From Paraphysomonas bandaiensis (lineage: Eukaryota > Protista > Chrysophyceae): DNA of 64,000 nt. Of this stretch, positions 1 through 11,005 are shown in pieces (within the stretch, counting starts at the first letter, position 1; every line of letters starts with the position of its first letter). Location: the NCBI GenBank assembly GCA_965644295.1, contig CBFFRP010000209.1, positions 82,036 through 146,035 of the forward strand, in the 5' to 3' direction. The notes beneath the pieces are model-generated. The model was not told the DNA's origin, did not search any database, and was given only the letters and a program-made list of their open reading frames with translations. Made by a program: the position numbers and the translations under genes.

Positions 1-390
1 ATGAACATCATATTTATTATTTTATCTCGTTCTACTATTGCCAGAGGTACTTCAATTATAATTTTGATGTATAGAAAGAAATGCTGGATCAGACAGGAAG
101 TGAGAGTGAACAATAGTGGGTGTAGTAATTTGTTTGGCAGATCAGAGCCCAGGATAACTAGCGGCCGGGAACTGTGGGTTATCTGTTGAGTTTGTTGTCA
201 AAAAGCGCATGATAAAATCGATAGAGAGTTGTTCCCATGAGATATACGAATACGATAGATACCCGTGTTGTTCATGTAGAGTATATGTTATTAATGAAGT
301 TTACGTGAGAGAAATCCATAACTATCACCTATAATTGATAAAAGTAAATCCTATTGTGTCCTTCTATGTCCTATTTTGCTATCTATACAG

Positions 391-561
391 CATGTAGAGG
401 CATGTGGAGATGTACGAAGTAGTTATCATGATACTCGTGGTTATCAACCAAAATGGGGATTTTCTTTTAAAACTATAGGTTTATATGCAAAAATCCCTGT
501 ACCAAGCCTAAATTCATCCACTATATCGAGCATATCTACCACATATCGTCGCGAAGTGTGA
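391..561 (+). CDS. Possible terminal exon of an unidentified gene
   Basis: Acceptor-like ctatacag ends at 390 and is followed by an open frame (HVEACGDVRSSYHDTRGYQPKWGF...) ending in TGA; no family recognised. Confidence 0.25.
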   Translation, partial: HVEACGDVRSSYHDTRGYQPKWGFSFKTIGLYAKIPVPSLNSSTISSISTTYRREV

Positions 562-870
562 CTGTACATCTATTCCATATACTGTAATGTATTCTGGTGT
601 ACAATGAGAATACATGGTATGGGCTGGAGGGTTGAGTAGTGTATGTATTCTCGTATAGGTGCGATATAAGAGAGCTGCACATACTCCATGCATACTGCTG
701 TATATGTATATGTATATGTATATATATTCTAGACTAGTCCATCATCACTCATCAACATGTCAGGCAGATAGGAGCCTATTAAAGCAAGTGTTATCAGTAC
801 GATGACATCACATACACAGTTATCTGATATATCTTAACATATATATCCCATTAACCTCTCAGTGTACAGT

Positions 871-1843
871 ATGGGAGCATGTACATCATCTGGTGCAGCT
901 TTATCACCGATGAGCCCTCGACGACAGTTCTCACCCATATTCAGACTACCATTAACCCCCAAATACCCAACAACTCTACAAGCATTACACTCAGAGAGCC
1001 CTCAAGTGACTATTAATAATACAAAAAAAATATATTCAGTTAAATTAATTCGAAATGATCAGTCGAATATTTACTGTGCTAATTGGCCTGATCGTGTTAA
1101 AATACGCATATCGTTAGAATCTGTTGATATTCTGACACATTGGACTGAAGAGCCTATTATTTATATACCATATCATGAGTTGCCGGGCTGGAAAGGGTCG
1201 TCCAGTGGCATTACTCTAAAAGTTAAGAAGTGTGTATTTGACAGAGTGTCAAGTCCAAGTGGGGTAGTTCGCTTAGGTTTTCACTCCTCTGAAGGAAAAA
1301 CGATTCAGAAGTGCATGATCGGCGGTGTGGAGAACCTGCAGAAAGCCTTAATGGACTGTGTTATTGACGAGAAGGACTTCAATGTAATTTTGACCGTCAT
1401 ATTTAACGAAAGTAAATGCCTTCAGGTTTGTTTTCACTGTTGAAGTATGATTGCTATTTATAACATTATTTTGTTAGAAAAATTGGACTAATGACTGTGA
1501 CTTTGAACTTGGTGGGAAACGCATTTCGGCGCAGCAGGCGATGACTGTATTTGCTACGGCGCGCCAGGATAACTTTGATGACTTGCTGACCTTGTCGTGC
1601 TATCTTTACTACAGGGTTATGTGCCGGGATTCTTTCGGTCTGATACTAAGTTCTGTGGAGAATCCTTCGTTTAGAAAAAATATTGCGGAGAAACTAGGGG
1701 CTAAGAATGCTAGAAGCAATAGTCAGTGCTCAAGAAGTTCATCAGAAGCATCTATAGCGATAGATGACGGTGACGAAATTAGTTACTCACAAGTACGGGC
1801 ATCATTGAGTGATGTATATGTTGATAAAACGGAGGGCTTCTAG
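871..1843 (+). CDS. Hypothetical N-myristoylated protein with PH/PTB-like domain and DUF4476-like C-terminus; exons 871-1425, 1478-1843
   Basis: MGACTS start; 52-nt GT-AG intron 1426-1477 joins the two ORFs in frame; C-terminal ISAQQAMTVF...LSCYLYYRVMCRDSFGLILSSVENPSFRKNI resembles DUF4476. Confidence 0.7.
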
Positions 1844-2340
1844 TTGTAACAGTAGTGGTCGATTTTATGTTTTATATATATGTTTTTTTATTTTTTCGTG
1901 TACTGTAGCTATGGTGATGACAAACACCTGATGCGAAATTTTTGTTGTTTCTACAACGTTGTGCTGTTCCGTGCTTTTATCAAATTGAATATAAGTCAAA
2001 ATCTTTGGTCTACATATATGACGTAGGTACAACCATTCTCACATTCTCATTCGATGATTATCTGTAAAGTGTACATGATGTTTCATCTTATTCGTTTTTA
2101 TTATCTTAAACTGAGACTTGCATCACCAAGAGAGGTAACATTTAAATTATATGAATAGTACTAGTAATGTAGTCCAGTGGTAGAAAAAGGTATCATAAAT
2201 GATAATATATAGTTAATGTCAATTATTAAGTATAAGTTAAGGTTTTATAATAAGGATTACTGACATCAAACGAACTGGAAGCGTCTTGGCGATATACTTC
2301 AATCAAACATGTTTTACTGATCTAAATTCCTGGTGTGACT

Positions 2341-3240
2341 GTGTTGTACTTAACTAACTAGTGCTTAACTCCGATAGCATACTATTTGACTACGAAAGTT
2401 GGCTTTGTGTGTCACCGCAAGCATCAAGGTACAACCTTTTTCGCTCTATTGCTCAAAGATTTTAGGATCTGCTGATTTCAGGATTTTTGAGTTTTTAATT
2501 TAGTGTGAGAGCTGCCCACGGACGTGTAGTCCATCAGTGGCAATAGAGGTGCGGTGAATCAGTAAGGGGACGCCCTTTGGGGTACGGATCCGTGACGTTT
2601 TAGGGGAGGGTCAGAGTTATATAGATGGGAGGATAATGTTTCGAGAGGGAAAGTGAGATGGTGCGAGGTGGAGACGTGTAGTCTCTCTGCCGCTGACTGC
2701 AGTGTAGGAGTTAGACATAAATAGAGTTGGCAGAGTTGTCTATGTTGGGGTTTGCTTGTGGGGGGGCGTGAAAGTATTAGAAGAGTAGGAGAAATATGGT
2801 CATATGCCCAGCTGGGACTCTCGCGAAGGCACCAACAGGTTTGAAGTAGGGGGACTTAAATTTATGGGTTGTGTGTGGTGATAGATGGAGGTGAAATTTA
2901 GGGAGGGAGCTGTGTGTTGACATTATGCGGGGTTGGGTAGTATAGGACATAGACCGTCTTATTGTCACTCCTAGAAGTCGGAGGATCGCTGGTGTTGTCT
3001 TCGTCGGATTCGCTGCTTACTATACGTGTTCTGGGAAGAAATCGGTGTGGCCCCTCGAGGACGCAGCGTAGCATTAACTACGATCTTGGAGCATCTGCTT
3101 GGCCGCTGCAAATAGTGGTTGAACTATATAATATTCACTACTGCATCGTTTAGAGTGCGTAGTCAGCGCGAGGTCAGGTTGCAGTGGATATGTGAGGCAC
3201 AGACTGCTTCGAATAGAGTTTGAGTTATGGTGCTTGTCCA
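2341..3240 (-). mobile_element. Degenerate 3' fragment of a non-LTR retrotransposon (LINE), type-2 tail
   Basis: Minus-strand translation QPLFAAAKQMLQDRS*CY matches QPLYAAAKLMLQDRGRCY of the LINE at 22.8-25 kb; conserved tail motif at about 2350-2450. Confidence 0.75.
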
Positions 3241-3399
3241 GCAAATAATAGTTTTTTTAATACCATCAATATTATTATTTAGTGTTTATAGTATTAGTAG
3301 TGACTGTACAAAACATACATAATCATAATAATATATATGGAATGTCTTATTAATTAGCATAGATGCATGTAAAAGTGTAAAAGAGTGCGCCTAGGTCAC

Positions 3400-3972
3400 C
3401 ACAATTTTAACGGACAATGAGAAGAGCAGTTAGACATCTGCAACTGGATTCATCCATTGATGTTGGTGCAGCCGACAGAAACAGCTGATTTTGCACAGCG
3501 TGTTCTGGACAGCGCCGAGGTCACCAAGAGAGCACGACTTGGTACCTATGAGTCCAACTACCGCTGCTTGCTTCATATTGAAGCACAATCTAAAATTGTT
3601 GAAGAAAGACTCTTTAGTCGTACAAAGTTGATTATGACACCTAAACGTAGAAACATGAATCCATATCGTCTAGAATCGTTGCTATTCCTACGAGCCAATT
3701 ACATGCTGTGGGATGCTTAATGCTTATACCCTCCATGAAGACCTGCAAGGAGATCCTGATGTGCCAGTGGAGAGCGAGAAATAGTTACAATTTGTAGTCT
3801 GCTATTTAACTAAAACGCAATAATTAAGGGAGCACCACACTATCTATTATGAGCGGTATTATCTACTTTAAGTTAGTAGGTATTAATGGCCATTATAATT
3901 GCCGGGACATTTTTCATTAATGCCATTGCAATTGCCGGGAACTGGACTACCACTAATGGTTACCAGGCCCTG
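3400..3972 (+). mobile_element. 3' remnant of a hAT DNA transposon (dimerisation-domain fragment plus right TIR)
   Basis: ORF 3457-3720 carries VEERLFSRTKLIMTPKRRNMNPYRLESLLFLRANYMLWD (hAT C-terminal pattern); ends in GTTACCAGGCCCTG, matching the termini of the MITE at 24998. Confidence 0.75.
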
Positions 3973-4098
3973 TTAGGTACAATGTAATTTGCTTAACAAT
4001 TACATGCTGCCTATATACGTGAATGATAGTTTCATGTTTCTTCATCAGTTTCACATTTGCTCAATAAAGATATTTACCGTTAACTGTTAATAGTGGGC

Positions 4099-5113
4099 CT
4101 ACTGAAATAAGGAGCCATACAAGCGGTCTACATCAACACTACCCGTTTTTTCTACAGACTCAACATTCATAGGAAACATGAAGTTCTTCAGTTTTTCGTG
4201 CGCAACATATTTTATCTTTCGTCCTTTACTAGCCTTTCGATCAACCTACAACCTATGATTAAAAGATCCAACGAAAACGAAAAGGAAAACAATAACCACC
4301 TTTGACTTCCCACGTTTATAGTTGCGAAGAGCAGCTAAATCCTCTTTTCTCATGCTGCCTTCTGCTGCTACTCCACCAGATGATGAAGTGGATATGAAGC
4401 TCTAACGGAACAGAATAAGAGAAACAAGCATTGCACCGCACGATATACCTTAAGTAGTAAAGAATAGAACTGCCTATCATCATACACCTCACAATCGTAT
4501 CCTCCAACATCTGACGAGGGCAGAGGGCCTGGAATATTAGACAACTTGCGGCGTTTCGAGTCACCAGTCGGCATACATGACTTTTCAATAGCTCTGGTCT
4601 CGTCAGATAATGTGGCATCAATCTACATTTCAATTATACATATTATAAACTACTACAATCACACACCTGATCCCAAATAGTTTGGTTAAAAACTTTTAAA
4701 CTAGATTTCTTTTGCTCAGAACCGTAATGAGTCCTTGCATGCCACTTGTTGACAACTGACTGCCACTTCGGTTCAAGAGCTTTCTGGGATGCAAGAACAT
4801 CTTCCCATGTGATATCTTCAGTCAATGAACTGGATTTCCTCTTAAGGGATGTGCTGTCATCTGATTGGCTATCTAATAGACCCACTAACTGACCCAATAC
4901 ACCCCTTAAATTCTTCTTAAGTTCATTGTTATGAATATCTGATATATCGTCTGTCTTAAATGAGATCTCTTCTAGTACTGGAAGCTGATTAAGTTGATCG
5001 ATGACATGTTGGAGAGAGATCCTCATAGCGAGCGTTTTCTCCCATGCCTGGACATGAGACTGAGCATATCGTGCTGAGTTATGATCTGATTTAACTGGAG
5101 CTGATAGTATCAT
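4099..5113 (-). CDS. AATF: AATF/Bfr2 ribosome biogenesis protein; exons 5113-4667, 4622-4449, 4401-4300, 4245-4099 (about 289 aa; true start may lie further upstream)
   Basis: Spliced product contains YDDRQFYSLLLK and VDRKASKGRKIKYVAHEKLKNFMFP (TRAUB domain); three phase-0 GT-AG introns. Confidence 0.88.
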
Positions 5114-5607
5114 TGTGTATATATGATAAGAGGGGGGTGATAGAGATGGTAATGTGACGGAGAACATGCCCCATATATATATATACACAGACATACAGAC
5201 ATACATATACATGAGCCTGTACTGGACATATATACATACACATCCATGGACAGAGGTGTCTATATATAGAAGTAATACCGAGTAGAATACGGAGTGGAAT
5301 ACAATGAAAGAATGGACCAAAATGCATGTTATGTATGTGCTGTAATACAGAGGTATACGTAGAATACAATGTAGGGAAACATAACGGTTGAAAGGGCTTG
5401 TATAGGTGCAGCCTCATAGCAACAGTGCAGCTGAGCTGAACACAGACAATGTCTGTTAATACATATATGCAGTGAGGTAGATGGGGTGTTTCCTTGTCTC
5501 CGTAGTCTTATATCTTGTTTATTTCGAGAACCCCTCACAGTTAGTTCCTTAGTACGATAATGACTGGTGTTCTGAAGGCTTAGCAGGGTGTGTGTAGATA
5601 GCTGGAA

Positions 5608-6408
5608 ATGATGATCAACATTATGCTCTATAAGCTTCTCACAGAACGAACGCGTAACACAGTATTTCCTGAACACTATTTGAAAGCTGGAAGTGAAACT
5701 TTAGGCTTTTTATTGCTTGGCTCTTGGATTCTAACACTGGTTTTCAACCCCGAGGCATTAAGAAGCAATCTCATTAAAGACCGAATTGGTTATAACAATA
5801 TATGTGTTGGATTTGACACATCCCCAGCACGGTATTTTGCATTACCCTGTTTTGTTTTGAAAGCCTACCTTGACATTCGCTATGTCTTCACGGCCACTCA
5901 ACGCTCTGATCTCGAGAGGGAAGATGGCATGGTGGCAACCTATCAGCACAGATTTTCATTGATAGCCAATGGAACTTACGGATTTTATCTCCTGTTCCTA
6001 CCGTTTTTAGTGTTTGTTGAACCAGTTGATAGTTCCAGCGTTAATTTTCACTATGGTGTGTTCGCTCTGCTTATTCTACTGCGATACCTATTCATCTCCG
6101 CCAATTTTGCGCAAAGTGTTTCCACGCATAAAATTTCGACTTGGAGTTGGGTATGGTTTAGTCTGTTTACATTTGCAACGTTTGCATCATTGACTTTTTC
6201 TGCTGTTGACTTCGCGTTATATGATGCGCAGAAAGGTGGTGAACAAGCCCCTCCCATTCCATGGGTGCTATTAATGATTACGGACTATATGTGGTTCATG
6301 CTGGTATTTTTAACCACAAAATTCTTGCCTGACTTATCCCCTATACATGTTAAGTACTCTCTTCTGCCATTAGCCTCAGACAATACGAAGATTTTACCTC
6401 TGCGCTGA
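5608..6408 (+). CDS. Hypothetical polytopic membrane protein (about 6 TM helices)
   Basis: 266-aa ORF with several hydrophobic segments and a GYNNICVGFD loop; divergent from AATF. Confidence 0.7.
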   Translation: MMINIMLYKLLTERTRNTVFPEHYLKAGSETLGFLLLGSWILTLVFNPEALRSNLIKDRIGYNNICVGFDTSPARYFALPCFVLKAYLDIRYVFTATQRSDLEREDGMVATYQHRFSLIANGTYGFYLLFLPFLVFVEPVDSSSVNFHYGVFALLILLRYLFISANFAQSVSTHKISTWSWVWFSLFTFATFASLTFSAVDFALYDAQKGGEQAPPIPWVLLMITDYMWFMLVFLTTKFLPDLSPIHVKYSLLPLASDNTKILPLR

Positions 6409-8101
6409 TAGCTATAGATGTCCGATCGAATTGAGTTGTCCAAACGATGCTGTGTTCCTATTTATTTCTAAAGAATGAATTTTCAACTTAGATTAGAACT
6501 TTGTCTATAATTTATTCCATAACTTGTAAGTTAATTTATGTCTTAATTAGTCTACCAGTTAGGCCGTTACTATGTCCTTGACAGCTCCTCGCCTGTTCGG
6601 ATCTTGTCGATTCGGGGTAGGGATCTAGTTTTGAACCTAGTCAATTTGGTGTAATTTTTTAGTCACACCAAAAATAGTATTAAACCCTAGACAACGTGTT
6701 GAATATGTAGTCATTTAATAATTCATATAGATGGCCAGGCGTTTATAATCATTAATTAAAGCAGATTTTGAATTATTTATTATGTTGATAGGTTCTTACA
6801 TTAGTGAAGAAGTCAACAAATTGGACTAAGTTGAATTATATTTCCCATTTGTATTAAAAGACATTTACAATGCAAGTAAGCTAATATTAAAAAATGATGA
6901 TATAGCAAATTTAATTCATTAAATCTATGTTACTGTTACTGTATCATTAAACTGAACTATATTGACCACATAGGATTGTGGTATCTAAAATCTGACAATA
7001 TATATTAATTTATTACTTGTAATATAGTGACAATATATTGGTATAGTGAATAAAAGTAAATTTTGAGAGATGTTGAGAACATTTTAAATTAATTGATTAT
7101 GGAGTGAATACATTTTTCAGTTACTTAAGTTTAATCATCTTGATGTTGAAAACGTTGATACATATCAATGCAATGATGAATCAGCTTTGAATTGAGAGGG
7201 AGTGAGGAGTCTTGCTATTTTTGAAAACAACTAAAAGTTGTATATCAATGGTATTCCAATTATGACGTCTAAACGTTAATTAAGTTTTAACAACAATATC
7301 AAAATTCGAAAATAGCGCCTCTTTGCACACACGAAAATATATGTCAATTATATACAGTGTTAGCGTTCCCTAAGTACAAATAGTTATTTTATTTAATATA
7401 AAAATAATCTAGCTGACTTTATCAATATAAAATAAATTGGAAGAAGAGTAAAATAGGCTGGAATATGTGCTCGAGTGTAAATACCCAATATAGTACAAGA
7501 TATGGAATATTTACAACAAATGACAAACAAAAAAAATGATAATATACAAGAAATGTCATGCTTTAGATATTTGAGATATACTCTGGTAAAAGTGTTCATG
7601 CAAAAGAGCTTCTCAGGTCACAGTTTTGTTAATTCAATCGAATAAAATATACATAATTTAATGTCTTAACTTAACGTCGTTAATTCAAGGTAGTCAACTT
7701 TTGTACGCATTTACAGTTTTTGGCAGGACACACACAGAGAGAGGGGGGGGGGTCTTCGACCCTAGCCGTGTTAACCGTGACCATAAAAACTATTAATTTA
7801 TACTGACCCTTACCCCTATGGTATCGCTGTGTATCACGTACAAGTGCTTCCAATATTGTACATTACATTTTTTTATACACTTTTTTGCATAAAAAATGTC
7901 GTGTCACCTTTCACAATAAAAAATGCAAAAAAAATCTTATTTTCACAAATTCTGTAACAGTATACACTACATTTTTTACAACATTTTTCTTAAAAAAAAA
8001 CTTTTTTCTAAAAAATAAATATCAGAAATAAATATTTTCAACAAAAATGTCAAAAAAAATGCAATCAAAATAAAATAATACTATACATATTAACCCCAGC
8101 G

Positions 8102-8189
8102 ATCAACCGACCCTATTAACCAAACAATCAACCGACCCTATTAACCAAACAATCAACCGACCCTATTAACCAAACAATCAACCAACCCT
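8102..8189 (+). repeat. 25-bp tandem repeat x3.5 (ATCAACCGACCCTATTAACCAAACA)
   Basis: Copies start at 8102, 8127, 8152, with a partial copy at 8177. Confidence 0.95.
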
Positions 8190-8289
8190 GACTTAAACAC
8201 CGAACAATTACAACAGATAGACGGAACAACAGACCTGTTTAACACTATATATAGACATGCCGTATTTTACTCCCTGTTATCCTGTAAAA

Positions 8290-8484
8290 AAATATATACA
8301 CTTATTATATATGCCAAAAAATCAAGCACAAGTTAACAAAATGATTAATAAAGCTTTGAGAGCATCAGTAAACAAAGCTAAACAGGACGTAACCAAACAC
8401 GCAGAGAACAAGCGTAAGGAGGTAGCCAAGAAGATAAACAAAAAGGCTACATCAGTGAAAAAAAGAATTAAGAAAAAGCTTTAA
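8290..8484 (+). CDS. Small Lys-rich basic protein (64 aa), possibly viral DNA-binding/core protein
   Basis: MPKNQAQVNKMINKALRASVNKAKQ...KKRIKKKL; ATG preceded by AT-rich ttatat; start coordinate approximate; intronless and 35 bp from the next ORF. Confidence 0.45.
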   Translation, partial: KYIHLLYMPKNQAQVNKMINKALRASVNKAKQDVTKHAENKRKEVAKKINKKATSVKKRIKKKL

Positions 8485-8519
8485 TTTATTTTAAATTATT
8501 ATATAACACATATTATATA

Positions 8520-9086
8520 ATGAATTTATTCCCTAGAAATAAATCTTTTATCTATAATTTTACATCTATGAATGCCATCGGCGAAACGCCCGAAGATTGT
8601 ACATTTATATTACCACCTCTACCATATTACGAGGAATGTGATTATTATGAAGTTGAATGCATCGGTTTTTATATAAACTATGAAAGCTTAGATATATCAG
8701 CAATTCCTTTTTATAGTTGCAATGATTTAAATTTCATTGCGGAAAACTTTGCAACAGAAAGCAATTGTATTGATATTTGCGAAAATCAATTTCTTGTTTG
8801 TGGTACGCATTGTGATAGAAACAGATCATATGCAATATGTTATAATAATAAATGTAAAGTAAAAAATACTAAAAATCCAACTACATACAGCCTCATAACT
8901 GACACAGGCATAGTAAGAGATAAACCCTTTTGTGTATATGGTGATGAAGAGCCAAAAAAGATACGATTTCGTTTATATGATTATAATTTAGAACCCTTGA
9001 AAAAAGAAGTTGTAAATTATAATGGTAAAACACATTGGACAGTGTCTTTTGATTTTATACCAATGTACGAAAGCAGTTTTAAATAA
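8520..9086 (+). CDS. Putative minor capsid/penton-like (single jelly-roll) protein of a Polinton-like virus/virophage remnant
   Basis: 188-aa intronless AT-rich ORF; N-terminal FIYNFTS...CTFILP and C-terminal KIRFRLYDYNLEPL...NYNGKTHWTVSFDF resemble the pattern of PLV/NCLDV minor capsid proteins. Confidence 0.5.
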   Translation: MNLFPRNKSFIYNFTSMNAIGETPEDCTFILPPLPYYEECDYYEVECIGFYINYESLDISAIPFYSCNDLNFIAENFATESNCIDICENQFLVCGTHCDRNRSYAICYNNKCKVKNTKNPTTYSLITDTGIVRDKPFCVYGDEEPKKIRFRLYDYNLEPLKKEVVNYNGKTHWTVSFDFIPMYESSFK

Positions 9087-9371
9087 GTAACGTATATACA
9101 AGTACGTATATATAAGTACGTTTATCTGTATCAAAGGCGAACTGAGTACGACGACCTCAGTACAGTTCACGCGGCTTTTTTTTTCTTGGAAATGTCCGCG
9201 AACGACTTGAGAATTTTATTATAATATAAACCTATTTTTTTATTTATACAGTGTCTATATCACACTGTATAACTTATCTGTACAATGCAGTACAATGTAC
9301 TTATTTTATCAAGCAAAAAAATATGTACCATAATATATAATGAACCAAATAAATACCGTACAGTATTCCAC

Positions 9372-9900
9372 TATAAACGGACTGAAGAGCCTAGATTTAG
9401 ACGATAGGTGAACAGGGTGAGGGGGTAGCCTGCTGGGTGGATGGACCACAGACAAACCATGTTGGGTTGGGCTGGGTTGTCGTCAGGAGACGGCCCTGTT
9501 GTGCAGTGGAGAGGTGTCGAGAGGAGACAGGGGTTGCAGAGAAGGTACATGGGGGCCGTTTGCGTGGATCTGCTCGCACGAGCCATGCTGTAAGTGGTTG
9601 TATCCGTAGAGAACCGTGTAGGAGACGAAGGTGTCTCCTTAGGTGATAGCATATGCATGCGGTCAGCGCTGCATTGGTGCAGGCACGTTGTTTAACTGAA
9701 GTAGTTGAGTAGGGTGAAGGTTGCAAGGCCAGGCAGGGGGACTTGGAGCGTGTACAACATGGTGTGACAGGTAATTTGTCGGAAGCGTGGTGGTCAACAA
9801 AATGCAGCAGTAAGGGAGTGTAAAAGGCCCTGGGCACACTGATGTGACTCAGCCACGGTCTCAATAGAGACATTGGGCTTGGAGCTGGTTAATAGGGTGA
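9372..9900 (-). mobile_element. Degenerate LINE-related 3' fragment
   Basis: GC-rich segment whose translation includes RADPRKRPP, similar to the PYPK(G/R)RP ORF end of the other LINE copies. Confidence 0.45.
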
Positions 9901-9954
9901 AACTTTATGTTGGACTGTATTTGCCATCGTAGGGCAGAGAATTGACACCATATA

Positions 9955-10530
9955 TAAAAGTCTGCTTATTAACAATAAATGTTTGAGATTCAGTACCAGC
10001 TTAGTAGCTAGATGAACAGACTAGTCAAACCTAGATAAGTATCTACCATAAACTAACAGGTACAACTCTAATGCTCTACTATTTAACACTACAAGAGTTA
10101 CTTGTGCATCACCGCAAACACCAAGGAGCGACGACTTCCGCTCTTGAAGGTGTATGGAGAGTCCAACGGGGTTAATGCTCGTTTAGCCAGGGGAACGCCC
10201 TTTGGGGTAGGGCTCCGCAGGGTTGAAAGGGGGTACAGGATCGTGTATTAGGGTGGTGAGCGTAACGAGCGTGAGAGACATGGGTTGAGGCGAACGTCTA
10301 GGTTCTGGATTATCAAGAGGAGATGCAGTTCGTAATTTGAACCTGGGGCTCAGAAATATCTAGCGGAGATGCCAACGCCGCGGTTCGGTTATGTGGGGGA
10401 AGGCATTGTTATGTATGCGGGAATTGAAGTGTTAGTGTGAGAAGTGGGGGCTGGATGAGACGTGAGGGGCATCTGCTGCTGTCACCCGAGGACGTGATCC
10501 TGCGATGACTCCCCAGCGTGTGCAGGGTAA
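9955..10530 (-). mobile_element. Short 5'-truncated LINE 3' end (type-1 tail)
   Basis: Reverse complement of the conserved tail (aaagtc...ttattaacaata; ccttggtgtttgcggtgatgcacaagt) and the EPYPKGR-coding motif at about 10190-10215. Confidence 0.7.
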
Positions 10531-11005
10531 CCGACACCAAACACACGTTGTCAATATGACATATGGCGACTTCATAAATCTTTTAGAATCGTACAGGCTA
10601 CATTTCGTGTAAAATTGTTAATACAACTGGCAAGGAGCTGATTTTTTCCCACATCTAAAACAGGTTTAATGTGAATTCGAGAATACTTCAATGTACCTGT
10701 GGTGCTGTGGTGGATAAGTTGCGCCGTTTTAACTGTCACTGCTACAGTGGGAGGTTGTTACAAAACTAACATACTTAGAATTATATTTTAAAATATGTAG
10801 ATTTAAAACACTTTAGTTTTGTCCAATAGGAAGAAAAACGTCCTATTCAATGAAATCTCAATGTACAAAGAGCAACTGTATTCATTGATGCTATCGAAAT
10901 ATGTACAGAGTGTTAAAACAAAGGCGTAGTAACTGTAGCAGCGTGGTGGTACATGTCTATCTATATAGTTCATAAGATATTTCATGTGATTAAAAAGTTT
11001 TGATA

